Shown: piece by piece, positions 7,947 to 16,893 of the stretch | Numbering within the stretch: position 1 is the stretch's first letter | Layout of the letters: every line of letters starts with the position of its first letter | IMG/VR virus record: IMGVR_UViG_3300032001_000028 | Location: 1 to 33,203 of that record | Strand: one strand, 5' to 3' | Source of the DNA: a virus | Taxonomy: Duplodnaviria > Caudoviricetes | Length of the DNA stretch: 33,203 nucleotides | Made by a program: the position numbers and the translations under genes | The notes under the pieces: generated by a model | The model's input: the letters and a program-made list of their open reading frames with translations, nothing else | What the model was told of the DNA's origin: nothing | The model's database searches: none

Positions 7947-10647
7947 GGGCATGCCCCCTTTCGACCCTTTCCCAGTAGTCGAGCCCCTTGCCGTTCTTCA
8001 TGAACCAATCGCAGCCGCCGCGCCGCGCGATGAATCCGGCGACCGCCGTACATGAGTACGGCGCGCGGAACATCTCGCACAGTTCGCAGCGGTGAACGGC
8101 GGTGCCGCGGTCAGGAGAGTAGTGGGATTGGATGCGGGTTTTTAGCGGCGGGGAGGAGACTTGGCCTCCGGCTGCGAACGCCTGTCGCGGAGCACCTGCT
8201 CCAGCTCCTCCTTGGTCGGAATTCTCTGTGGCACGTTGGACTCCTGCTTCGAGGATCGCTTGGTCGCGATCGGTGCGGAACGGCTGGGTGTACATGGCAC
8301 GCCCGGTGGGGGCAACCTTGGTCGGCACGCGCTGCAGAGGCGCAGCGGCAGCGGCAGCTCCGGGCGCCGCTGGGGGCACCGCCTGTGATTGGCCTTGCCG
8401 GGCGAGTTGGCGGTCCATGAAAAAATCATAAGCCGCGTCGCGTTCGGCGCCCTGCAGATTGAGGATGCGCGCGGCCTCCTCGCGGATGGCCAGATTTTTT
8501 TCCTCTTGTGCGGCCGCTGCTCTCCCAGTGATGCCCTTGATCGCGCGCTTGATTGCCCAGCCCTTGGCTGTTTCGATCGGGCTAACGACACCGGCAGCCA
8601 TCTGCTCGGGCGTAACCGGCATGTCTTTGGGCAGCCATTGCCGCTGATAGGCCAGCACCTCGGCGGTGGGGGACGTTCTTGCTCCCACAAGCAACCGGCG
8701 CGGGGCATCGCGCATGGCGACTTCCTGGGCGACCGAGGCAAAAAGCTCGTCCGCCCGATCGTCGCCGATCAGGCTGCGAATCTTGCTCTGGTTTGCCGGC
8801 GAGGCGACTTCGGTCAGGACATTGCCGCTGCGCCGTTCCAGCGTTCCCTTGCGCCGCGCCACGTCGCTCAAGTAGTTGCGCAGGCCGATTTCGGCAGCGC
8901 GCCGCTGCGGGTCGCTCATGGCTTCGACGATGCCGGGAACCTCGGTCTCATGGGTGCTCGGCTTGAGCAGGTCCTCTCCGGTCTTGCGCGCGTCGATCAT
9001 GGCGCTGGGTTCGGCCCACGATCGCAATGCTGGCTTCCATACACCCGCCACGTTCTGATCGGGATGATTGTCGACCGCATTCGTCAGGTCATTTCTTAGT
9101 GTCATGAACTCTGAAGCGCGGGTGCCCTCGCCGTTGTTGACGGCGGTACGCACGGCATCGTTGAGATGCATGCGGGCGAGCTGCATCGCTCGCGTCGTCG
9201 GCACCCTGACGATCTCCGGGCCGTCCTCGCCGGGGATGACGAAGCCGTTCGTCGCCGGCATGTTGCGGTTCGCGAGCGACCTGTTGGCTTTGCGCAAGGC
9301 ATCGATCATGTCAGGCCGCGAAAGCACATTCTCCAGTTCTGGCGTCATCGACACCGCAGTGCTGTCGAACCGCCGCCAGAACGGGTTTGACTGCTGGGCG
9401 CGCAGCCGTTCGATCTCGGCCTCCCATTCGGTTTTGTTGACGTTCTCGCCGAGCGCGCGATCGATGAAGGCCTCGGTACGTGGCAGCGACTCTTCGTGGC
9501 GCTGGCTGACCGACTGCATCAACTCGTTGCGACCCTGGCCCGGCATCGAGTGGATGCCGCGCGCTTCGCCTTCCATGTCCGGTGTCGCTTCGGCGAACAT
9601 CTGCTGCGGCGACATTTCCTCCTTGAGCTGTTCGACATTGCCGGGCGTCATCTGCTGACGCTCGAAGACCCGGTCGAGCCATTGCAGCGTTTCCGGCGAC
9701 GCATCGGCGACCGGCCCGGGCACCGCGGCGGTGCGGGCGGCTCCAACCTCGGGGCGGTAGTTGTGTGACACGTCCGGCGGCAGCAACCTGACATTAGGGT
9801 CGCGGCCCGGCCGGCCCTGCATCATCGGCTCGGCCGGCTGGCGGAACATCCAGTAGCCCTGGGTGAGGTCCCGTTCGAGCGCCGCCATATCGACTGGCGG
9901 CGGCGGGGCGACGGCACGGGCGATGGCCGCTTCCAGGGCGGGTGCCGGGCGGGGTCCGACCTCGATGGCTTGGAGAGGCTTGCCTGTGGCCAATTGCACG
10001 CCTCTAGCCGCCGGGCCCGTCCAAATCGGGGCGGTCTCCGACCAGCGCGGCAGCGCCGGCAGGTTGCGCGCAGCACGGAGCAGATCGGGGGCGGCGCCGA
10101 GGGCCGCCATCCCCTCGGGAACGCGGGCGATGCCGGTAGCCAATTGCGCAGCCTGAGACAATTCCTCCTTCGGGATGCCGCTGTAGTACTCCGCCGGGCG
10201 GCCCAGATAATGGCTGATCGCGGTGGATGGATAGGCTAAGGCTGTACGGGTCGCGCCGGCTGCGATGTCGTAGAGCGCCTTGGCGCCGCCCAGGAGATCG
10301 GAGTTGTAGGGCTTGGTGCGGTCGGCGAGCGCGGCCTGTTGCTCGGGCGTGGCGCCTGTCAGGTATTGCATGCCGTGGGCGGCGCGTGCGGACTGCTCGG
10401 CCTGCTCTTTGGCGACTTCCTCCTCGTAGGTCGGTGGCTGGGCCTCGGCGGGGCCCAGCACGTTGCCGAAGATGCTGCGGCGGGCCGGCGGCAGGGGGCG
10501 GCCTGTGAACCAAGCGCGCGCCGGCGGCTCGGCAGCCGCGGGGGCGGGGGCCGGCGTGAATGGCTTTGAGGGATCGAACTCCGGCGTAGGACCGGCAGGA
10601 GCCGCCTCGAACGGCTGCGACGGGTCGAATTCCGGAACGTCTGCCAT
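7939..10647 (-). CDS. Large internal virion (ejection/DNA-transfer type) protein with C-terminal HiPIP-like Cys domain, about 902 aa
   Basis: Ala/Pro/Arg-rich helical protein directly after the 1563-aa protein; N-terminal duplicated PEFDPS[QK]PF; 4-Cys domain at 8002-8121. Role inferred from podovirus gene order. Confidence 0.7.
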   Translation of the reverse strand: MADVPEFDPSQPFEAAPAGPTPEFDPSKPFTPAPAPAAAEPPARAWFTGRPLPPARRSIFGNVLGPAEAQPPTYEEEVAKEQAEQSARAAHGMQYLTGATPEQQAALADRTKPYNSDLLGGAKALYDIAAGATRTALAYPSTAISHYLGRPAEYYSGIPKEELSQAAQLATGIARVPEGMAALGAAPDLLRAARNLPALPRWSETAPIWTGPAARGVQLATGKPLQAIEVGPRPAPALEAAIARAVAPPPPVDMAALERDLTQGYWMFRQPAEPMMQGRPGRDPNVRLLPPDVSHNYRPEVGAARTAAVPGPVADASPETLQWLDRVFERQQMTPGNVEQLKEEMSPQQMFAEATPDMEGEARGIHSMPGQGRNELMQSVSQRHEESLPRTEAFIDRALGENVNKTEWEAEIERLRAQQSNPFWRRFDSTAVSMTPELENVLSRPDMIDALRKANRSLANRNMPATNGFVIPGEDGPEIVRVPTTRAMQLARMHLNDAVRTAVNNGEGTRASEFMTLRNDLTNAVDNHPDQNVAGVWKPALRSWAEPSAMIDARKTGEDLLKPSTHETEVPGIVEAMSDPQRRAAEIGLRNYLSDVARRKGTLERRSGNVLTEVASPANQSKIRSLIGDDRADELFASVAQEVAMRDAPRRLLVGARTSPTAEVLAYQRQWLPKDMPVTPEQMAAGVVSPIETAKGWAIKRAIKGITGRAAAAQEEKNLAIREEAARILNLQGAERDAAYDFFMDRQLARQGQSQAVPPAAPGAAAAAAPLQRVPTKVAPTGRAMYTQPFRTDRDQAILEAGVQRATENSDQGGAGAGAPRQAFAAGGQVSSPPLKTRIQSHYSPDRGTAVHRCELCEMFRAPYSCTAVAGFIARRGGCDWFMKNGKGLDYWERVERGHAHA

Positions 10648-13600
10648 CACGGCCCCGCTGCAGCGGCGGCCGCTGGCTTGTAGTTCCCGTCAGGCTGCAG
10701 CTCGTAGATATGGCCGTTCTGTATCACGCGCTTAGCCGGCGCGGCGGGTGGCGTGATCCGCGCGCCGCCCATGGACGGCGGGACGACAGGCGCGGCTGGG
10801 GGCGCGGCAGCGGCTGGTGCTGCCGCTGGCCTGACGGCCTCTTCGGCGCCCGCTGCAGGCACCTTGCTTGGGTCTGTATCCTTGCCGTTGGGAGCGAGAG
10901 GAATGCCGCGGTTCGCCCGCACGGCATCACGTTCGCGTGTGATCTGTTTCTGCAATTGCTGCACCAGGCGCCGATATGTTTCGGGTGAGTCAGACGTGGA
11001 CAAGAACGAAAGCGCCTTATCGCGATCGCTCTCGCGCATGACACCGGTCGGGTTCATGGCGCGCGCCCAATGCTCGGCGAGTTGGAGGTTCGCCATGCCG
11101 AACTCTTTTTGTTCGGGCACCGATGCGATGATCCTTCCCTTCTCCAAGATGTTGTTCAGCGGCACCCATCCGGTGCGCCACAGGTTGTCGCTTGCGTCAA
11201 GCGCGGCGGGGATTGCCGCCGCAGTTGCGGACAGGATGAGGTTGAGATTGCCCTCGCGGGTGCCGGCGGTGCGCGCCTCGGCGCTAAGACCGACTTGTCC
11301 TGCTTTGAATGCTTGAGCGTTCCTGCTCAGGAAGTCCGATGCCTGCTCCGGTGTATAGCCGTATTCGGGCCCTGTCAGAATCGCTGCGGCTCGTTCATTG
11401 ATCGCTTGAACTTTCTGACCGCCCTGGGCGCCGCGATACAATCCCGTCAACGATGCAGCATCGCCGCGGATGAACCGACGCGCGGCAATTTCCATCCATG
11501 CTGGGGTTGGCTGGTCGGCATCGAGCCCGGTCTTGCCTGCGGTAGCTCCGGCCGCCTTGGCTTTGGCCAACCTTTCAGCCGCGACGGGGTCGGCCGGGCC
11601 ACCAGGGGTCGGCACAACGCCTTCCGGCGTTATCTGATAGGGTCTGGTTTTCTTTTCGTATTCGAATTTCTCGCGTTCGCGCGCTTCTTTTCCGGTCGCT
11701 AGGTTCTCCATTCGGTCAGCGCGTTCCGCGGCTTGGTTGAGCTGTTGCACGCGGGCGTCGACCTGTTCCTGCGAGAGCTTCATTTTCTCGCGCGCCGCTT
11801 CCTGCTGCTCGGCGTAGCGCCCGGCCTCCCGGTACTCGCCCATGGCGCCAAGGCCAGCTTGGCCGACCGCCTCGCCGAACCAGGGCGAGCGGCTTGCCAT
11901 GAGGCCGAGCGCGAAGGTGTCCATGGCATCCTTGCCGCGCGGGGAGAGGCCGAACAGATTGCTGGCCAGCGGCTGGTCGCGCCCCGGCATTGGCTGGACG
12001 TTGCCGAGGGTGGGCGGTACCGGTTGCGCCTGGGCACCGGGATTGAATGATGCCGGCGTATTGCTGGCCATTATTCCACGACTTGCCGGCCCCAGCGGGC
12101 TGCTGGCCTCATATTTGTCCCAGGCCTCTTTGGACATTGTGCCGCCGGGCCGCACGGACAGGATTGCCTCCGCGACGCCCGGCGCGAATATCGACGGGTC
12201 CGAGGCCGCGAGTTCCGCCGCGGTCATGTTGGCCTGGTCCTTGCGCACCGGAACGAAGCTCGCCGGGGCTTCGTCGGGCCGATAGACGGCGTCGCTGAGG
12301 CCTCTTCCGGCAGTGCCGGGCATCTGGATGCCGGCGAACCGATCGCTCGACGATCCAGGCCACGGCAGAGTGCCGAAATTCCCGCGTAGCGAGGGCGCTG
12401 GTGCGCGATCGGCGGGGCGGGGCAAGTCTATGATCCCCTCCTGCAAACCTTCCCACGGAGCTCCTGGCGCGCGTGGCGGGTATCTGTCCGCAAAAGAGGC
12501 AGGCGCCTGGGCGTATCGGTCGGAGAAGGAGTCGTCTGGACCGCCGCCGGCCTGGTAGCCGCGTCGCCGGCCGATCGCCCGTCTGGCGATCTCAAGCGCG
12601 CCGTCGACGCCGCCGCCTTTCCGGAATTCCGGGCCGTGCAACGTCGGCGGGATGGACTGGGCGATGGGGACTTGTTGCGGCCACAGAGTTTTCGGCACAA
12701 AGCCCCTGCCGGGAATGTACCAATTGCCCGCCTTGTTGCGGACCATTTGGGCCCGCAGCGCCTCGATGGCGTCAGGATCGGTCGGCCATTTCGGTACTGC
12801 GGCGGCAGCCGCTGGGGCGGCGGCCGGCGGTCCTGTGGGCGGGATTTGCGAGCGCAGCGCCGCGGCGGCTTGTTTGGCTTCGATCGCCTGGGAGCGCAGC
12901 ATGCCGTATTTGGCGCCGATCGCGCCCAGACCGGCGCCAAAACCTGCCTCCGGCAAGACGGTGCCGGCCCAGAACTGTGGGTCCATATTGGCGCGGTCAG
13001 CGGCGGCACGCGCCGGGGACCCTTCCGGCATGGCGAGGTCCATGTAAGTTGGGGCGTAGGCTCCGAGCGCGCCTTCGAGCGCACCGCCGCCCATGGCGCC
13101 TGCATAATTGGCCAACCGATGGCCTGGGCCACCGACGCGGCCCATGACGTACCCACCGAGTGTCGACAGCGGGGGAGTTCCACGCCCGGCGGCGGTCAAC
13201 CCCGGATGGCGCGTTCCGAACGGAGCGTTTTGAGCGAGCCAGTCATCGGCTTGGGCATCCCACGCCTGCTGACGCCGGGAGGTGTCGCCCTGGGCGGCCT
13301 CGACCCTATCGTCATAGCCCTTTTGCCGACCGGTTGCCTGCGCCATGATCGTCGCGATCTGGGCGTTGATCGGCTTGGTCTGATCGTCGAACGGCGCTCC
13401 GGCCGTTGCCGCTGCAGCTGCTTGCGCCTTCGGACCAGGGGAAGCCTGCTTCTGGGCGGCGACGATGGCCTTGGCGCGCTTGTCCGTGATAGGCCCGAGT
13501 TGGGCGCGCAGTCTGGCGATCTGCGCCTCCTCATCGGCCGTGGACGTTGGTCGTGGGCCAAATTGATCGAGGACATCGAGGTTAGCCGGACGCGGGCCGA

Positions 13601-15338
13601 GCGCCTTTTCGAGTGCAGCGCGTTGGGCGGTCTCGTCCGGGGCAGCCCGGGCCGACGACCACGGCGAAGATGTCGCTCCCATCACGCCCACGTCGCCGAG
13701 CGTTCCCATCGCCTGCCCGGTTTCCCGTGCAAAGGCCGGCGCTGCGCGCTCCGCGGCACCGAGGCCCAGTCCTTCTGCGCCGCCGAATGGGATCGACATC
13801 AAGGCGGCGTTGGCGAAGTCTCCTATCGCGGGCGCAAGGTTGGGATTGTAATTTGGTCCCGGCACTTTGCCGGCGACGTTTGGCCTAATCTGAGGCGGCG
13901 GGGTTGGCGTCGCGAGATAGCGCTGCAGGTTCGGCGCCGTGATGCCGAGCCAGGGATTAGCCGCCTGGCGCAGCCGGGCGAGGTTCTCGTCGCTGATGCC
14001 GGAAAGGTCGGGTGCGCCGCCATCGGCGAAGCCGACGCGGCCGCCGCGATTCATGTCGGTCAGGCCGCTCAACCCCATCGTTTCGGGCGACCACGTTTGA
14101 TTGACGCCTACACCTCTTGACCAAGCGGTATCGTCAAACGTCCCGGCCGGCGAGGACGATGTGTCGGGGCCCGTCGCTGAGCCGGCCGGGCTCTTGCCGC
14201 TCCCCCCCCCAAGCCGCTGCAAGCCGCGTAGGGTTGAGAGCGGGTCCGTAACGCTTCCAGGCATATAGGGCGGCGCCGGCACGCCGCGGCCGTGGGCGAT
14301 CGGGTAGGCCGGCACGTAGCCGAATGTTCCTGCCCAGGGCAGCGGCGAAATCGGGCCGCCGCCCGAAATCGGGCCGCCGCCATCGGCGTAGCCCGTGACG
14401 GCGCCGCCACGCTCGAAGCCGAGGTATGGCGCTACGTACCCGAGGCCTTGCGTGATATCGCCGCCGATGGTGCCGAGCGCTGAGCCGATATTGCCCCAGT
14501 TGTTGAGCCCATAGAGCCCAGCGCCGACGGCCGTGTTCCACGGGTTGGGCTGGGCCTGCGTCGCCGTCGTCGTTGCGGTGCCGCCCATGTTCGAGCCGAC
14601 GCCGGTCTCGATGCCCGCCAGCCAGCCTGTCTGCTGGTAGGGGAACGCCTGCTGCTGTTGCCACTGGCCGTAATTCCATGCCAGTGGCGCCTGGGCCTGC
14701 TGCTGCTGGAGCCCACCGGTTCCGAGCTGGGCGCTGGCACCTTGGAGGATGGTGGAGAGTTCCTCCTGGCCGAGTTGGCCGAAGGTAAACGCGCCCATTG
14801 CCGCGCGTTGCGCGTCTTGTTGAGCGGCGTTTAGAGCCTGATTGTAATTTTGGACGTTGAGGCCGGCGAGCGTCGGCGCTTCGGAGAGGGCTTGCTGGCG
14901 CGCGAGTTCGGCCTGGGCAACGCCTGTGCGATCGTTGAACAGACCGCCGCCTTGCAAAGTTCCTCCAAGCAGTTGCGCCTGCTGCTCGGCGTTGAGTTCT
15001 TGCAGGTTGCCCATCGTCGCCTGGGTAACATCCTGTTGAAACGGATTGAGGTAGTTCGTGATCGCGCCGGCTGAAATCGGCGACGCCCCTGCCAGCGCCG
15101 ACAGCGTCGCTTGGTTGATGTAGGGCTGAGCGGCACCTTGGGCCTGATTGACCGTTTGAAATGCGGTTTGCTGGGCCGGCGAGAACGGCGCGATCGGCGC
15201 GCCGCCGGGATAAGCCTGCCAGGGATTTGAGGCGACGTTCTGGGCGCGACTGATGAGCGAATTATAGTCATTCATCAGAGCCGGCGGCGGGCCGGTGGTC
15301 GTCGTTGCTTGGGATTGACCTTTGGTGCCGCCGCACAT
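10647..15338 (-). CDS. Large DNA-transfer/pilot (ejection) protein, 1563 aa
   Basis: Starts MCGGTKGQSQATTTT; Gln/Ala/Gly-rich N-domain (YLNPFQQDV, QQQAFPYQQ) typical of podoviral injected proteins; follows a GNAT gene as in T7-like gene order. Confidence 0.75.
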   Translation of the reverse strand: MCGGTKGQSQATTTTGPPPALMNDYNSLISRAQNVASNPWQAYPGGAPIAPFSPAQQTAFQTVNQAQGAAQPYINQATLSALAGASPISAGAITNYLNPFQQDVTQATMGNLQELNAEQQAQLLGGTLQGGGLFNDRTGVAQAELARQQALSEAPTLAGLNVQNYNQALNAAQQDAQRAAMGAFTFGQLGQEELSTILQGASAQLGTGGLQQQQAQAPLAWNYGQWQQQQAFPYQQTGWLAGIETGVGSNMGGTATTTATQAQPNPWNTAVGAGLYGLNNWGNIGSALGTIGGDITQGLGYVAPYLGFERGGAVTGYADGGGPISGGGPISPLPWAGTFGYVPAYPIAHGRGVPAPPYMPGSVTDPLSTLRGLQRLGGGSGKSPAGSATGPDTSSSPAGTFDDTAWSRGVGVNQTWSPETMGLSGLTDMNRGGRVGFADGGAPDLSGISDENLARLRQAANPWLGITAPNLQRYLATPTPPPQIRPNVAGKVPGPNYNPNLAPAIGDFANAALMSIPFGGAEGLGLGAAERAAPAFARETGQAMGTLGDVGVMGATSSPWSSARAAPDETAQRAALEKALGPRPANLDVLDQFGPRPTSTADEEAQIARLRAQLGPITDKRAKAIVAAQKQASPGPKAQAAAAATAGAPFDDQTKPINAQIATIMAQATGRQKGYDDRVEAAQGDTSRRQQAWDAQADDWLAQNAPFGTRHPGLTAAGRGTPPLSTLGGYVMGRVGGPGHRLANYAGAMGGGALEGALGAYAPTYMDLAMPEGSPARAAADRANMDPQFWAGTVLPEAGFGAGLGAIGAKYGMLRSQAIEAKQAAAALRSQIPPTGPPAAAPAAAAAVPKWPTDPDAIEALRAQMVRNKAGNWYIPGRGFVPKTLWPQQVPIAQSIPPTLHGPEFRKGGGVDGALEIARRAIGRRRGYQAGGGPDDSFSDRYAQAPASFADRYPPRAPGAPWEGLQEGIIDLPRPADRAPAPSLRGNFGTLPWPGSSSDRFAGIQMPGTAGRGLSDAVYRPDEAPASFVPVRKDQANMTAAELAASDPSIFAPGVAEAILSVRPGGTMSKEAWDKYEASSPLGPASRGIMASNTPASFNPGAQAQPVPPTLGNVQPMPGRDQPLASNLFGLSPRGKDAMDTFALGLMASRSPWFGEAVGQAGLGAMGEYREAGRYAEQQEAAREKMKLSQEQVDARVQQLNQAAERADRMENLATGKEAREREKFEYEKKTRPYQITPEGVVPTPGGPADPVAAERLAKAKAAGATAGKTGLDADQPTPAWMEIAARRFIRGDAASLTGLYRGAQGGQKVQAINERAAAILTGPEYGYTPEQASDFLSRNAQAFKAGQVGLSAEARTAGTREGNLNLILSATAAAIPAALDASDNLWRTGWVPLNNILEKGRIIASVPEQKEFGMANLQLAEHWARAMNPTGVMRESDRDKALSFLSTSDSPETYRRLVQQLQKQITRERDAVRANRGIPLAPNGKDTDPSKVPAAGAEEAVRPAAAPAAAAPPAAPVVPPSMGGARITPPAAPAKRVIQNGHIYELQPDGNYKPAAAAAAGP
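14346..14381. repeat. Perfect 18-bp tandem duplication (GGGPIS x2) in the ejection protein
   Basis: CGAAATCGGGCCGCCGCC occurs twice head to tail, in frame. Confidence 0.85.
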
Positions 15339-15353
15339 GGATTAAATTCTCTT

Positions 15354-16094
15354 TTACGCTCTTTCTAACGCCCGCTGCTTGTCGGCGGGGTGACCATTGA
15401 AGCGGTCGAACTCGGCGCGGATGGCCCGGCTGCGTTCAATCATCTGCTCGTAGTGGCCCGCTTGTTTCGCTGCCTCCACACGATCGAGGAGCCGTTTGAC
15501 GGCGGCGAAGCGATCTAGATCATGCTTGAAGCGTTCTGTCATGCCGGTCGGGCCATGGACGACTCGGTCTTCGTCATACCACAACTTGTCGCGTTCGCTG
15601 TCGGAGATCGACACTTTCCATGACACCACGTCCTTGGGCCGCGGATAGACGAACCACGCGCCCGCTGGCTCGCCGAGTATCTTGCGATAAAGGCGCACCT
15701 TGGCTTCCGTGCGCTGCGAGCTGATCACACCGATTAACAGCGTAAGCTTGAGTTCGTCGGCGCATTGTTTTGCCCATTCGACGAGGGCTCGCAAGTGACG
15801 GCCGTGACCGATCTTGCGGAATGCCGGCCGGACATAGTTGAATTGTTCGGAGAGGAAAAAGTCGGTCGAATATTCATAGCAAGTGATCATCAAGAATCCG
15901 ATCGCCTCTATGGCGCCGGGAGGGCCGATAAGGGCGATGATGCCGCCTTTCTTCTGGAGTGCTTTGGCGATCCACTCGCGCGTGCGCGCCTCATCCATCG
16001 AGAAGATGCCGTTCTCGGTATGCAGCTCACGGCACAGCACCATGACTTCCGGCTCGTCGGCTGGTGTCGCGAGACGGATAGTCGATTCACTCAT
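15354..16094 (-). CDS. GNAT-fold (acetyltransferase-like) protein with C-terminal extension, 246 aa
   Basis: SD GGAGG; IRLATPADEPEV beta1 motif, NYVRPAFRKIGHG motif A, VRLYRK motif B. Confidence 0.8.
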   Translation of the reverse strand: MSESTIRLATPADEPEVMVLCRELHTENGIFSMDEARTREWIAKALQKKGGIIALIGPPGAIEAIGFLMITCYEYSTDFFLSEQFNYVRPAFRKIGHGRHLRALVEWAKQCADELKLTLLIGVISSQRTEAKVRLYRKILGEPAGAWFVYPRPKDVVSWKVSISDSERDKLWYDEDRVVHGPTGMTERFKHDLDRFAAVKRLLDRVEAAKQAGHYEQMIERSRAIRAEFDRFNGHPADKQRALERA

Positions 16095-16189
16095 TGATAG
16101 CCTCCGAAGCCCCAAGTGATCGCCCAGAGCAAATACAGCGTTATGCCGACGAGCGCCACGCAGCCGATGACGCCAAGGGTGGTCATCAT
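16091..16189 (-). CDS. 32-aa single-pass membrane micropeptide, not in ORF track
   Basis: Own translation MMTTLGVIGCVALVGITLYLLWAITWGFGGYQ; ATGA overlaps at both ends. Confidence 0.7.
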   Translation of the reverse strand: MMTTLGVIGCVALVGITLYLLWAITWGFGGYQ

Positions 16190-16890
16190 TGCGCCGGCCC
16201 AGGCAGCTTGGCGAGCTGCTGCTTGTGCGCTTTACGCACGTTGAGCACCCAGGCGTCGAGGATGCGGTGTCCTTCCTTGATCGAGCCGTGGCCGATCTCT
16301 TTAACGGTCCCCGGGTGGATTACGTACTCCCCTCCGGCTCCCATGATTTCCACGGGATTGTAGTTATCGTCGTCGCGCTCATGCGGAACGCCGCCTGTAA
16401 ACAGCACAATCGGTGCACCGCCCGCCCAAAACCCCACGGTTTTGGGAGCGCTTGGGGCTCGCGGCAGCCCGGCGCCGTGGCCCATCTTCGGCAGTGCGGT
16501 GCCGAACGGGCCGGACGAGAACATGTTGTTGAGGCGGGTGAAGCCGGCCATCGTGTTGTTCTGGCCGAGGTGCGAGACATGATCGGCCGGCAGCACGTAG
16601 GAACCGGAAGGCACATTGAGCGCAACGTGGTCGGTGCGCCCGGCGACGCCCGACATGATCGGCCCGGTGTGCATCATGCCGGAGGCCTCGCGTCTGGCAA
16701 ACCAGGGCATCATGCCGCCCATGCCTGGGTTAGGTCCGCCGAAGGCGCGGCCGGCCCGGCGCTGCGTGGCGTAGGCGATAGCCAAGGCCTGCTTCTGCGA
16801 TTTGACGTGCGGGCTTTCGCCGATCTCGCCCATCAGCGTTTTGACGTTCTGCTTGAACGCGGGCTGGCTACTGGAGTGGACGAGTGGCAT
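16186..16890 (-). CDS. Conserved virion-cluster protein with N-terminal KQALAIAY domain and duplicated G[SE]YV[LI] module, 234 aa
   Basis: MPL...KSQKQALAIAYATQRRA N-terminus; two related segments SGSYVLPADHVSHLG and GGEYVIHPGTVKEIG; SD AAGAAGGG. Confidence 0.75.
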   Translation of the reverse strand: MPLVHSSSQPAFKQNVKTLMGEIGESPHVKSQKQALAIAYATQRRAGRAFGGPNPGMGGMMPWFARREASGMMHTGPIMSGVAGRTDHVALNVPSGSYVLPADHVSHLGQNNTMAGFTRLNNMFSSGPFGTALPKMGHGAGLPRAPSAPKTVGFWAGGAPIVLFTGGVPHERDDDNYNPVEIMGAGGEYVIHPGTVKEIGHGSIKEGHRILDAWVLNVRKAHKQQLAKLPGPAQ

Positions 16891-16893
16891 AAC

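Noticed and set aside
12636-14120. 494-aa + strand ORF and many similar antisense or off-frame ORFs (e.g. 1205-2218, 4835-5968, 20143-21264)
   Set aside because: Shadow frames of GC-rich genes: Arg/Gly/Ala-biased, no motifs, fully overlapping better supported CDSs.
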